In this document: positions 1 to 11,859 of the stretch, piece after piece
Position numbering within the stretch: the stretch's first letter is position 1
How the letters are laid out: the number at the start of each line of letters is the position of its first letter
From: Octopus bimaculoides
Taxonomy: Eukaryota
DNA: 45,757 bases
NCBI RefSeq assembly: GCF_001194135.2
Contig: NC_068997.1
Location: 40,900,072 to 40,945,828 of the forward strand
Direction of reading: 5' to 3'
Made by a program: the position numbers and the translations under genes
The notes under the pieces: generated by a model
What the model saw: only the letters and a program-made list of their open reading frames with translations
What the model was told of the DNA's origin: nothing
Databases searched by the model: none

Positions 1-562
1 TATATATATATACATATATACATACACACATAGATAGATAGATAGACACACATATACGTAGTTCGAAAGATTAAGGCGAAAAAGTATATGCGTTTTCATA
101 TACACATATACGGTTGGGAGTGTATATATGCGCAGATTAGACAACTTATGCACATATGATATACGTATCATATACGTATGCGTATACAATATACGCATTA
201 TATGTTGCATATCTACGCAAATTAGACAGCTAATGGTGGATCCATTTTATTCATTGAGAACCCCATCGGTCGTAATCCTGGTTACGCCCATAATGTATGT
301 CTGTGTGTGAATTGTGTGCATGCGTATGTGTGTATGTGCGTTTGTGTGTGTGTGTGTATGTGTGCATGTGTGTGTATGTGTGTGTGTGCGTGCGTGTGTG
401 TACATTAATATCTGTCTCAAATGTCCTCTAGCTGTCTCACTTCTAAGCGAATAAAATACACCCAGTCTTTCAAACTAAAGCGAAGTTAGTATACCATTTC
501 ATGTGATGAACGCTATTTGAGTCCCACGACTACAAATTAGGGTCAGACTTCAGGCATCAGAA

Positions 563-565
<3 letters not shown>

Positions 566-604
<39 letters not shown>
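566..604. repeat. (CA)n microsatellite running into an assembly gap
   Basis: Pure CA run; N gap at 605-614. Confidence 0.95.
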
Positions 605-614
605 NNNNNNNNNN
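605..614. other. Assembly gap
   Basis: 10 N. Confidence 1.
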
Positions 615-923
615 ATATATGTATATAAGATTTAGATTTAGATTCATATATATATATATGTATATGTATATATAGTTGAGCTATAGTAAACCACTATTTC
701 AGTCTTTAAACGTAGATGTGACTAATAACAACAAATACTACCATCTACCATGGTGTTGCAGCCCCACCATGCATTCAGCCGAAGAGATGGTACCGACTGA
801 ACACTCCGCTGCTTCCTGTTGTAGTGGCGATGTGTTCGCTTTTAGCACTTCACACATTCTGATGACTCATTTCCCGCACTACACTCTGCTTTTTTTCTCT
901 GTATTTATCTATCTATATACTAT

Positions 924-930
<7 letters not shown>

Positions 931-954
<24 letters not shown>

Positions 955-1011
955 TCCACCCTCTCTCTATCTCTATCCCTTTCCGTCTCTGTCTGTCTGT
1001 CTCTCTGTCTT

Positions 1012-1068
<57 letters not shown>
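931..1068. repeat. (CT)n / CT-rich microsatellite
   Basis: Explains the SLSLSL and ERERER ORFs in the track. Confidence 0.95.
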
Positions 1069-1070
<2 letters not shown>

Positions 1071-1129
1071 GATGGTTGTTTTTGCATGTTTGTGTGGGTG
1101 TTTAGGCATATATCCAAGTTTGTATGACT

Positions 1130-1366
1130 ATATGCACACATGCACACACACACACACACACACACGCACACACACACACAAATACATATATAGATAGATA
1201 GACAGATAGATAGATAGACAGATAGATAGATACATACATACATACATACATGCATACACACACATACACACAGTTATACATACATACATACATACATACA
1301 TACATGCATACATACATACATGCATACATACATACATACATACATACATACATACATACATACATG
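1130..1366. repeat. Compound microsatellite (CA)n-(GATA)n-(CATA)n
   Basis: Direct reading. Confidence 0.95.
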
Positions 1367-1544
1367 TATAGTATATTATATACGTAGCAAGGGAGCGGGA
1401 AAGGTTTCGGACGAAGCCCTACCCGAGCTCTATAGACAAGTGCTAATGAAACGAATAATTATGGATCCATTTTAATAATTAATGGCTCTTCAGTTGTAGC
1501 CTGGGGTGGGGTACGTATATATATATATATATATATATATATAT

Positions 1545-1747
1545 NNNNNNNNNNNNNNNNNNNNNNNNNNNNNNNNNNNNNNNNNNNNNNNNNNNNNNNN
1601 NNNNNNNNNNNNNNNNNNNNNNNNNNNNNNNNNNNNNNNNNNNNNNNNNNNNNNNNNNNNNNNNNNNNNNNNNNNNNNNNNNNNNNNNNNNNNNNNNNNN
1701 NNNNNNNNNNNNNNNNNNNNNNNNNNNNNNNNNNNNNNNNNNNNNNN
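1545..1747. other. Assembly gap
   Basis: N run preceded by (TA)n. Confidence 1.
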
Positions 1748-1883
1748 CTAGATTACGCGGATGTAACACATCATTACTGATTATCAAGCGGTGATGGGGA
1801 ACAAACACAGACACAAAGACACACACACACATACACGCACACACAAAGACACACACACACATACACACAGACAAAAACACACA

Positions 1884-1923
<40 letters not shown>

Positions 1924-2135
1924 GACACACTCAGTTACATACACTCACACACACGCACACATACACACACATGCACATATATACTACAAGCTTCTTTCAG
2001 ATTACGTCTACCAAATCCATTCACAAGGCTTTGGTTGGCCCGAAGCTATAATAGAAGACACCTGCCCAAGGAATCATGCAATGGGACTGAACCCGGAACT
2101 ATGTGGTTAAGAAGCAAGCTTCTTACCACGCAGCT
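1748..2135 (-). mobile_element. SINE family A (tRNA-derived, internal microsatellite), 5' part
   Basis: Reverse complement of the head/body of the full copy at 15733-16135 (ctaccaaatccattcacaaggctttgg...gggactgaacccggaactatgtggtt), with a long internal CA tract. Confidence 0.85.
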
Positions 2136-2264
2136 ACATTCATACATACATACTTAACCTGCCTACCGACCAACCGACTGACATGCATAAATATTTGTTC
2201 CATGTCACTGTTAGTGACTGACTCGAGTTCTACGAAGCACAAATATATGAGAAATAGGGACAAA

Positions 2265-2700
2265 CATCGTGGTGGTGTTGAAACTCGCTTTGCGAGCAGG
2301 AGGTTTCGGGTTCAGTCCCGCTTCGTGACACTTTTGGCCAGTGTTTTCTGCTATAGCCCCCAACCGACATATGCGTTGTGAGTGAATTTGATACTGTGTG
2401 GAAACCCAACGTGTATATACGTGTATGCATGCGTTATATAATATTTATGTGTGCATGTTTGTCATGGTGTCTGCTTGTCACACCACCACCACCACCACCA
2501 CCACCACCACCACCACTACTTGCCAACCAGTGCTGGTTTGTTTACGTCTCCATAACTTAGCGGTTCGGCAAAGATGGTGATAAAGTAAATATCAGACTTT
2601 AAAAAAAAAAACATGTATTAAAGTTGATTTGTTCGACTAAAACCTTTCAAGTCGGTGCTGTAGCATGGCCGCAGTTCAATGACTGAAGGAAGTACTAACT
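2265..2700 (+). mobile_element. SINE family A, diverged copy with an internal (CAC)n expansion
   Basis: gggttcagtccc B-box region; cataacttagcggttcggcaaa; tail gcatggccgcagttcaatgactgaa. Confidence 0.8.
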
Positions 2701-2719
2701 AAAAGTTTAGTATAAGATA

Positions 2720-3060
2720 CTGTGACTCCGACCTAGACAGGTTTCGTATGACTGCTGACACGGAAGCAGTTTATGTTTAGCGTGAACAGCGGCAAGAGGG
2801 TTGGATGAGCATTTAAAAATGTAGATGTTATAAGGATAGTGGTTAGTGCAAAGATTAGGAAAAGAATTCCGGAATGGGTGATAAGAAGCGGAGTACTGGA
2901 TAAAATGGGTGGGACTTGAGCAGAGATGGCATGTAGTTAGCTGAAGAAGCTTGTAGCGGTAGAAAGGGCAACACTTCGTTTGTGGTATAATGATTGGAGT
3001 GTGCTGCCAATTAAGGCGAAAGTCTTTCCTCAGGATGCAGTCTAGACTAAGTTGGATTTA
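2720..3060 (-). mobile_element. Decayed CR1/Jockey-group LINE ORF2 C-terminus
   Basis: Minus-strand translation across a frameshift, LQSLYHKRSVAL / FYRY...SASYHPF...PNLCTNHYPYNIYIFK, resembles the LQPLSHRR.VA.LSLFYRY...HPF...RT.HY...YNL..FK tail of CR1-like ORF2. Confidence 0.65.
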
Positions 3061-3273
3061 AGCTAGGGGAAGCTCTAAGCCACTGGATTTCACAGTTTTT
3101 ATATAGTCGTATTATCTCCCTGTGTTTGTGATACGATACACGTGTTTTATTGCATTAAATATAAACACCAAAGAAAACCAGGCAACACTCCTAGGTTGTC
3201 GCGACACCCAGGGTAGAAACTGCTGTTCAAATTATATAAAACTTGGATAAAATTGCACTAGAGGGCCTCAAAA

Positions 3274-3317
<44 letters not shown>

Positions 3318-4021
3318 TAATAATTTTGTAGGGTTTGTATGTCCCTTTGTGGATTCTGGTCTCACAGTCTATAAATGTCTGTATCCGATATCTAAGATAT
3401 TTTTGTGTGTAGCAGCAGCTACACCGTATAAGTTACTCTTTTGTAGAACAATGCTTGAAGTGTGTATTGAGTTTGAGATGTTTTCTGGCTCAAGTGACAA
3501 AGCTACTTTACAGAATGTTACGTAATGAATAGGAGATCGTCAAGACAGATTATAAACAAAAAGGACACACAAAAACATAGTTAATAATTTCCCAGACCCA
3601 AATGTACAATAAGACAATTATTCTAATCTATGGTGTTTTACCGGTGTGTTATTTTATAAAATATATATAGGCCAAAGTGACTCAGTTATTTTTTAGAGAT
3701 TGATTCAGGAAAAACGGCAGCCGCCAAATCCTTCTCACCTCATTCGAAGCAGGTGATACCATTGGTGTTGGTGTTTTGCTTGAGCAACTGTAAGACCACG
3801 AGTATAGAATAGCATGGCCTTGTGAGCGGAGGTGGCGATGATTTTCTCACGCGAACGGTGTAAACAAGAGTGCTTCTGTGCACCACAAAGCCATACAAGA
3901 GTTTCTCTCATGATAAATATTCAGTGTTCTAAGACATCAACCACTTTTATGTGGGGATATATATTACCACTTGATAGTAGTACTGCTCCTGTTGCTTAAT
4001 TATATAAATGTGTGTGTGCGC

Positions 4022-4028
4022 GCGTATG

Positions 4029-4086
<58 letters not shown>

Positions 4087-4275
4087 TAGATAGATATAGA
4101 TATAGATATAGATATAGCTATATAGATAGATACATACATACATACATGCATACATACATATATTCATGCATATGCACACATATAGACATATATATAAATA
4201 TACTAATACATACATACATACATACATACATACATACATACACACGCACACGCGCGTACACGCATACACGCACAC
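4022..4275. repeat. Compound (TA)n-(GATA)n-(TACA)n microsatellite
   Basis: Direct reading. Confidence 0.95.
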
Positions 4276-4499
4276 ACATGAAGGCCATAACAAAGTCAGT
4301 TTAATCTTTGGCACTGCAGTAATAACTTTGGATACATTTTCCCTAATTAGACCTCATCAGCGAAACATAGTCAATCTGCATGTTAGAACAACCTGTAGAG
4401 GATGTAGTATTTTCGTGTGTGATCATTAAGTCTTGTTACAACCACTGAGCCACACTTTCTTATCAGTATAATATTTCTTCTATATGTAGGTGTAATAAT

Positions 4500-5450
4500 T
4501 TGAGACAAGCATGATAGAACCGACTCTGCTTCTGTAATAGTTTCATTTGAAGAAAGACAAGAACGTGAACCAAAAACAGAAAAAATAGGCAACAACATTG
4601 AAAGAATTTGGAACACAATTCCAGTTACTATTTTAGCAGAACAGATGTTGGTAGACTACAAGAACTTTCACTGGTCATTAAGTAACTTTAATATTTGATA
4701 GCTTCCTGCCGTTTACTGCTTAAAGAGACCCACACAGCTACATGTATGCAACGCCCATAACCATGCATAATTCTAGACAGAATCCACCCTTTTTGGACAG
4801 TCGCAAAAATAAATATATATTTGGTGTTTAATGTTTTATATTTTGCTGACTTCATATTTTTTTGAAATCGTACATTGTTTGACATTTACTAAAGGAGAAA
4901 CAAGTTGGGATCGTGAAGTGTGTGAGGATTTCAATGCGTGATACAAGTTCTATTCCTAGTTTCTTTTTATTTGCCCGTTGCTGAGTAAATTTCCCGCTGG
5001 AGTAAAACGCCTGGAAGAGGATAGTTTCCATAGGGTCACTTGACCTACTAGAAATAGCAGGCAACTTCTCTCAAGTCAGACTCCACTGGCTTAGAAGCGC
5101 ACACTTTGGATAATGTCGTCGTTACTTTCTTGCACATAGGCAAAAGATGGGATAATCACTTTTTGAATGAAGTAGGTTGATGGGAGTTTTTAGAATATTC
5201 TGCAAAGCTCTGACTGAGTTTGGACTTAATGGTACAGCAAAGATGAAGGCCATAAATACTGAAGCTGCAGAGAAGGTCGCTAAATTACTTTATGCAAAGA
5301 AGGCAGGCAGGTGGTGTCCTGCTAGTAGGATGCCTGCTGAGACTTGATTAACCTCGGTTTGGTTAACCGGGCGAAGGGAGCTGATGTTGAAAGACTCGAG
5401 ACCTCTTGAGGACCCAGAAACAGAGCAGCTGTAAGATGTATCTTGGAAAT
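4500..5450 (+). mobile_element. Decayed HERO-like (R2-group, restriction-like endonuclease) non-LTR retrotransposon 3' region
   Basis: Frame at 5201-5347 reads CKALTEFGLNGTAKMKAINTEAAEKVAKLLYAKKAGRW, like the HERO C-terminus (CRAL..LG..G..K..AI...TEAAEKAS.WLW.KR..W); upstream fragments RWDNHFLNEVG, ATSLKSD, CLKRPTQLHV; the 3' UTR has tgatgttgaaagactcgagac, recalled as similar to HERO 3' UTRs. Confidence 0.6.
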
Positions 5451-5489
5451 TTTGTTTATAAGTTAACTTGATCAGAGCAGACCTACAGC

Positions 5490-5760
5490 TAAAAAAAAAC
5501 ATCAGCAAACTCTTGCCACTACTACTAATAATACTTCCTGTTCTTGTTAGCCACCTGATTACGTGCCACCGGCACCTAAGCCCAAACTTTACACTCGACT
5601 CCCTTCATATCAGCGCCCATACAGTTCCCCCCTCTTCCAGGACCTGCACTACCCACTATACTAAAAGCCTTTTCTCGAGAGCATCAACTCTCTAGAATTC
5701 TACTTTTGTCCATCTCTTTCTAGCCCGTTATTCAAATTGAACCTGCTCGATTTTACCAGT
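5490..5760 (+). mobile_element. Decayed CR1/Jockey-group LINE ORF2 C-terminus
   Basis: DYVPPAPKPKLYTRL in one frame and HTVPPSSRTCTTHYTKSLFSRASTL* in the next (ORF 5468-5695); same motif series as 2720-3060. Confidence 0.65.
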
Positions 5761-5924
5761 ACCAGAGGGTCCACTTATTGACAGAAGCACTTTCCCTTTG
5801 TTCTGCCTAAAGTCATGTGAACATGCATATATGAGTGTTACGTACGTGTGTACATGCGTGCATGTTTGAGTGTGTTTATATTAAGGTTGCTAAACCGTAA
5901 AGTCATGAGTAAGTCATTCTAATT

Positions 5925-6133
5925 TTAGCACAGGCAAGCAGTTTTGAGAAGAAGGGTGCAACTTTATGGCACCAATTCCACTACTTGACTGGTACCTTAA
6001 TTTTGTTGACCCCGAAAGGGTGAAAGGCAAAGTTAACCTTGAAAATATTCAAACTCAGAATGTAATGAGCTAGAAGCAATGGCACTAAGCATTTTGTTCG
6101 ACGCACTCACGATCCTGGCAGCTCGCGGCCCTA
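5925..6133 (-). mobile_element. SINE family B
   Basis: Reverse complement of the ggcggcgagctggcag...ctttgcctttcatcctttcggggtc consensus seen at 24930-25138. Confidence 0.8.
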
Positions 6134-6203
6134 TACAATCATAAGTGATAACAAACATTTACTCATGATAGAACTAATTATCTACTTTAATTAACGTTTA
6201 GTA

Positions 6204-6825
6204 TACTGGGTTTGAACAAAAATTTCGTTCAGTTTTCTAAGTAAAATTCAAATGAAATATTTAAATATTTGTGAACGTATATTCAATCAAATATATTGCA
6301 ATTGTCCTTCTACCTTTCGCCAGCTTCGGAGCACCTTCATGATCTCATCCGCGAAGAACTTGGCATCTTTTGGGATCATGAACTAACCTAAGTGGTTTCT
6401 TAAAGTCTTCCAAGGAACTGAAGTTCTTCCCAATTTATAGGGATCAAAATAATGGTAATCCGAAGATGTAAAGTCAGATGAACAAGTTAGGTGTAGCAAG
6501 ATATCCCAGCCAAGTTGTAACAAAGAAACGTGAGATCTAGCGCTATTCTGAAACAAGACTACACGCTTTCTGAACATTTTTCATCGACTGCCTGCTTCCT
6601 TTAATCGATCGAACTGGAAACAAAGATTGGTAGAATCCAACGGCTAATTTTGCGGAAGGCGGTCGTATTATACATTGCCCTTCCAATCCCACTAGACACA
6701 GAGCGACACCTTCTTTGGGTACTAACTGGCTTTTGGTGTGATTAAAAGTGATTCATTTCGTTTTAGCCAGGACGTTTATTATTTCACATTGTTGTCAACA
6801 ATCTGTTTTTCATCAATGCAATTTT
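6204..6825 (-). mobile_element. Decayed mariner (DD34D) transposon, 3' half with one TIR
   Basis: Minus translation over frameshifts: IDEKQIVDNNV..KKVSLCV*WDWKG..RKRVVLFQNSARSH..LLQLGWDILLHLTCSSDFTSSDYHYF..KDAKFFADEIMK; TA followed by TIR-like ctgggtttgaacaaaaatttcgttcagtttt at 6204. Confidence 0.9.
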
Positions 6826-6886
6826 GAATGTTTGTTCCATACATGCATAATCATATTTAAACTACTGTAAAAATTTGAAATTTCAA

Positions 6887-7968
6887 TATTTGGTGGGGCA
6901 TAATGTGTCATCCACAAATGGAGCGAAATGCAAAGTTGTATTTGGATAAAAATATGACAAATTGTCGGGGAATGTTGAAAGCAATCAATAAAGAAACATA
7001 TGAGAGACATCTAAGGTTAAATACTCAATCTTCTTCCAAATAAAAAAACAACCAAGTTTACAGAACAGCAGTCATTTTGAAGGCTAAATCAATCACGATA
7101 AAATCCTCCATTCGGCATATGGAGTCCAGATTACACTGTACACTTCTCTCAGAAGAACTCTTGTTTAACATCTATTCCCCTTGGAATACACTTAAGGCAA
7201 ATATAATTCTCACAAAGGTCACACGGTGACCAAACTTTGTTCTTTCTGCCATTTGTATCTGCTCCAGAATCTCTTGTAGATGGAGCACCCAGGGTCGTCT
7301 TCCTCCGAATCATCTGCACCATTATGGTCACCATCACTATTGTCAATCTCTGCACCATTTTGGAGCATATGAACCTCCTTCCTTTCCACTCTTAGACTTG
7401 TGTTGCTTCTTTGACGCAATTTTGCTCATCTTTTCCTGTTGGAATATCGATGCAATCACCCTACCGTTCTTTTATTCTGTGCAAATATAAATAATTGCAT
7501 GAAAAAAATGCTTCTAAAATACTTTCAGATAATAGCAAATATTTGTAAAATGTTGAAAACATTTTCTTCTTCTTCTTTTCTTCTACTTACAGAAGCCTCT
7601 GTGCTTTATCTTAAGTGACTCATTATGCCCCACTTTAGAATTTCCAAACATATCCTATTTATCCAACATAACATGCGCAAAGAAGATGCTCTGAACGTAC
7701 CCTCCAGTACAAAAGAATTCCAAACCTGGAGTACTACCTCTGGCAGTGCCGCTAAGTTTTGTTTGACGATCAAAAATTGGTTGATTTAGTGACCGAGTTC
7801 TCTGATCCAGAATGAGGAATTTGAGAAGGAGTCGCCAGGAAGAATACATTCATATTAGTAGGAGGGATGATACAATTCATAATGGCTGCTACATCATACT
7901 TCCTGGTTTGGAGTTAAAAAGAAAGTGATAAAAATCTGGCAAATGACCCGTTATGCCCCACTCACGTA
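6887..7968 (-). mobile_element. Internally deleted pogo-like (Tc1/mariner superfamily) element with a C-terminal Cys-rich/PHD-like remnant
   Basis: Inverted motif gtggggcataatgtgtca (6893-6910) vs tgacccgttatgccccac (7944-7961), TA at the ends; coding fragments DDSEEDDPGCSIYKRFW and KVWSPCDLCENYICLKCIPRGIDVKQEFF. Confidence 0.65.
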
Positions 7969-8574
7969 TTACGCTTCATTCTCCCTCTGTCATATGGATC
8001 TGTCACGTGAGAAATGAAATCGTATATTTAGATACCATGGAAAATGGTACGAACTTTAGTTCCAACCTAATATTTTACATGTTGAGTTGACAAGTGCTTC
8101 AACTTTGACCTCTTGAGGTTTGTTCAAAACCTGGTTGAAAGAACCACAGCAGGCGAAATATGAAATACCAATCAGCCTAATCATTATTATAATTATTATG
8201 AAAGCTGTCTCTGTGTCTAACATAATTTCTGGTTCGGTTTGCAACACTCTCTCACTTTCTCCCGGCTGTATGTATGTATGTATGAATGAATGAATGAATG
8301 AATGAATATTTGTATGTTCATTTTTGTTTTTAATTATTTAAATTCTTCCTTTGAAGAAGAAGCTGCTTTCTAAGAAAAATACAAATCTTCATCATTGGAA
8401 TGGAGTTAACGAAAACAACATCACATTCTAAACCTGAGAAAGGTCTTCCATAGTTTTACTGTTCTGCTTATAGATTGTATTTGTAATGTGTGAGTCAGTT
8501 CGTTGATGTCTTTTGCTGAAAATCCAATCTTATTCAGATATTACAAAACCAAGCACTCCAATTATTAAAGATGT

Positions 8575-8705
8575 CTATGTATGTATGTATGTATGTATGT
8601 ATGTATGTGTGTACGTACGTATTTATGTATGTACGTATGTTTGTGTGTATGTATGTATGTATGTATGTATGTGTGTGTGTATGTATGTATGTATGTTTGT
8701 GTGTA
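8575..8705. repeat. (TATG)n microsatellite
   Basis: Direct reading. Confidence 0.95.
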
Positions 8706-8710
8706 TTAAG

Positions 8711-8900
8711 CAGTACAACCTGTGTTGTCGTTAGATCGTCAGCTTGCTGGGGGTGCCAGTTTAGTCGCCGACGGCCCATGTCCTTATCCAAGCCTGCTTC
8801 ATAGGGAGGGTGGTTTTCGTTAGACATCCTGCAAGATAAATAACAAACCTATCAAAGGACGGATGAACTCAGAAGAGCCGATGTCCATCCAACAGCAGGG
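8711..8900. mobile_element. Interspersed repeat related to 26533-26700, probably an RTE-type LINE 5' leader
   Basis: Shared blocks cagtacaacctg, ggagggtgg, ggatga(a/g)ctcag and GTCGG(C/T)GACTAAAC; the RTE assignment is from memory. Confidence 0.4.
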
Positions 8901-9643
8901 ATTGAGAGAACCCTAATATGCACGATATGCGTGTGTATGTATGCATGTATATATGAATACGCGCGTGTATGTATCGGTTATAATTCAGCTTCTTGCTTGT
9001 CATTCTTTTCGGATCTATTCCATCTCAATCACAGATTTTTTAATTAATTTTGTTTAACAAAATAGTTTGAAACTTCGAATACTGGTAGAATTTTTCACGT
9101 AGAACACGGTTTACTCTGGCCGTTTTTAACAAAATTTCCTATTTTAGAAGTTATTTCGTGTTAAAGTTGTCGTATTTGGGTAATTTCAACCAATCAACGA
9201 CGTGTATTCGGTTGAAGAAAGTTACTGTTGTTTGCGATAGTAATCGAAGAGGAACAACTTCCGAGTCATCACTACTAAATGTCACCACTTTGTTGTATTC
9301 GTACGGCGAACGAAGACGATATCGCCTTTATCCTTTCTTCCTTTCTAGTCAGCACCGTGCATTCCTCCTTACTCTTTCCCTCCCTTTTACACTATCAACT
9401 AGCAACCAGCGAGCGAACTTATCACTGCCAATACAATTACCGTATTTTCCGGTGTATAAACCGCTATTTGTTTTGTTTTACCTTCATGTTTTGATAATGT
9501 TATTTTTTATCTAATAAAGACTTTTATATTGATGGAATGTGTTTGTTGTTGATTATAGTAAGATAAAATCATGACAATAACAATACATCTCATAGTTGTA
9601 AAATAAGGCATTTTGAAACTACATATACGTCAATAACAAAAAA

Positions 9644-9955
9644 NNNNNNNNNNNNNNNNNNNNNNNNNNNNNNNNNNNNNNNNNNNNNNNNNNNNNNNNN
9701 NNNNNNNNNNNNNNNNNNNNNNNNNNNNNNNNNNNNNNNNNNNNNNNNNNNNNNNNNNNNNNNNNNNNNNNNNNNNNNNNNNNNNNNNNNNNNNNNNNNN
9801 NNNNNNNNNNNNNNNNNNNNNNNNNNNNNNNNNNNNNNNNNNNNNNNNNNNNNNNNNNNNNNNNNNNNNNNNNNNNNNNNNNNNNNNNNNNNNNNNNNNN
9901 NNNNNNNNNNNNNNNNNNNNNNNNNNNNNNNNNNNNNNNNNNNNNNNNNNNNNNN
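9644..9955. other. Assembly gap
   Basis: N run. Confidence 1.
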
Positions 9956-10085
9956 GCGAAAGAGACCGATAGGATAAGTACTAGGCTTACAAAGAATAAG
10001 TCCTGGGATCGATTTCTTCGACTAAAACCCTTTAAGGCGGTGCTCCAGCATGGCTGCAGACAAATGACTGAAACAAGTAAAAGAA
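9956..10085 (+). mobile_element. SINE family A 3' part
   Basis: gagaccgataggataagtactaggcttacaaagaataagtcctgggatcg...gactgaaacaagtaaaagaata. Confidence 0.9.
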
Positions 10086-11377
10086 TATATATATATGTAC
10101 TCTGGTTATTATTATTTTCTTGTCTACGTTTTGTTTGCAATGTCCTGTACCCAGATATGCACCTATATATACAGGTAGACGTAGGTATGCACATACCTGT
10201 ACGTATATATGCATATACTCATTTATTATTTGTTATATATATATATATATATATGAAAGTGAAAATGAGTGGTTTGTTATCTAAGTTGCATATTCCCGCC
10301 TCATCAAGTAACTAATAGCCTCTATTATATTATTCTGTTCTACTTCACCCTATTGAGGACTTCTTCGCTTAATCACGTTCACACCCGTGTGGCACTAATA
10401 TATACGTATGTGATCTTTGTGTCTGTATGCCGCGGCATAACCGTACATGCGCGCGCAAGCGTGAGCGTGGCAAATGAGATGTTTTCTCTGTTTTTTTTTT
10501 CTTTTTTTCTTTCCTTTATTTTTTATCTTACGTTCATATATAACAAGTCTTCAGACATGAGACCGATCTCAAGTAATTTGTAGATTGGAAGGTATGAATG
10601 CATCACATTCCCATAATCTTAACTACAATAAGTCGAAGTTACATCGTTATTGCGAAGTTGTAATAGATTGAGCATTGCTGGCTTTTCTCATAGGACACCT
10701 CCTGATTTTTAACAATTGTCTAGAAACTGAATAATTTTGCAATAGATTCCCAAATCATTACAAAATAAATTATACCTCCCACTGCTTGTTATCAATGACT
10801 GGCGAATAGATACCCGAAGATACCCGATCTCGCGGAGGTAATTATTTTCTCAATTTGTTTTACTTGTCACTCCCATTTTTCCTTCTACTCCCTCTCCACC
10901 TCTATCTCTTTCTCTTATTCTTTCTCACTCTCCCCGACCACCTCATTCACTCTTCCCCTTGTTTTCACTTTCCTCGATAAAGATCTAGCAGACGATGATA
11001 AATGGGCATGTAACAGACGATATTTTTAAAAAATTGATGTGAAGCAGACGATTAAAAAATAATGGACGTGTAGCAAACGTTAAAGAAGGAGACATGAGGC
11101 GGATGAAAATAGGGTGAATCTTCATTTTTCGTCTATAAGTTTATTGCCATATTATTTATCATCTATATTCCCCTTTTTTTCCCCATTTTAATCAATGAAA
11201 TAAATACCAATAATTTACTCAAATTTAATATATCCAATTCTCTGCTGCTCTTCTATATTTTCCTCACATCTTGAAAATTACATTCTCCTGTGTGTCACAC
11301 TTACTCTTTTCATCTTTTATTAATCTTTTTCCATCCACTACACACCTCACCTTTCTCTCTCTCTTTTCTCTCCCTCT

Positions 11378-11379
<2 letters not shown>

Positions 11380-11420
<41 letters not shown>

Positions 11421-11473
11421 GTTTCCCTTATTTCTTTTTTCACAACCTCTTACTCTCTCTCTCTCTCTCTCTC
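11380..11473. repeat. (CT)n microsatellite
   Basis: Direct reading. Confidence 0.9.
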
Positions 11474-11859
11474 GATCCATAAGTGGCTGAGGAGATAGGA
11501 GGCCGTATATGTAGACGAAGAGTTTACAGTTCGCGTTGTGTCACAGTCACTCGGTTATCTGAAAAGATATTTAAGTTAGTCCATTTAGCTGTTAAAGAAA
11601 TACCCTAGAGGTGGAATAAAGAATTACACACTTAACGAATTAATGAGAGAGATAGCCTCTACGCAGTAGCACAGCAAAAGTGCGTGCCACCAAGTTGAGC
11701 CCTTGAGTTTGCCGGTCTCCCGTCACCAAAGTTATAATCTTATACAGGCTTATACAGAAGACCCAGAATACCACTCCTCTCCCACCAACGCTACTACTCT
11801 TATTTCAACCTCTCTCTCTTTCTTACTCTTATTTATTCCCACAAATTAAATCCCACAGT

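Noticed and set aside
226-294. Possible exon TANGGSILFIENPIGRNPGYAHN ending at gtatgt
   Set aside because: The donor is simply the start of a (TATG/TG) microsatellite; weak acceptor; no recognisable homology
676-1365. Long ORFs such as 676-1197 (173 aa) and the many YVCM/HTHT/IYIY/SLSL ORFs across the window
   Set aside because: They are translations of stop-free microsatellites or run through N gaps; no domain content
1425-1497. Minus-strand CTGAAGA followed by a hairpin, and a separate ...GAAAC, as a hammerhead candidate
   Set aside because: The core elements are not correctly spaced around one stem II
2378-2580. Poly-Pro / poly-Thr ORFs
   Set aside because: (CAC)n expansion inside a SINE
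5381-5402. ctgatg-gtt/gaaa/gac-like motif as a hammerhead ribozyme
   Set aside because: Lacks the full CUGAUGA and has GAGAC displaced by 2 nt; kept only as a 3' UTR hairpin of the HERO-like relic
8056-8247. Minus ORF with PQEVKVEALVNSTCKILGW, superficially FN3-like
   Set aside because: A stop follows immediately, there is no continuation exon, and the resemblance is only a few residues
8759-8772. Intact HDV-like ribozyme at the GGCGACTAAA motif
   Set aside because: No P2 partner or L3 consensus could be found upstream in either copy
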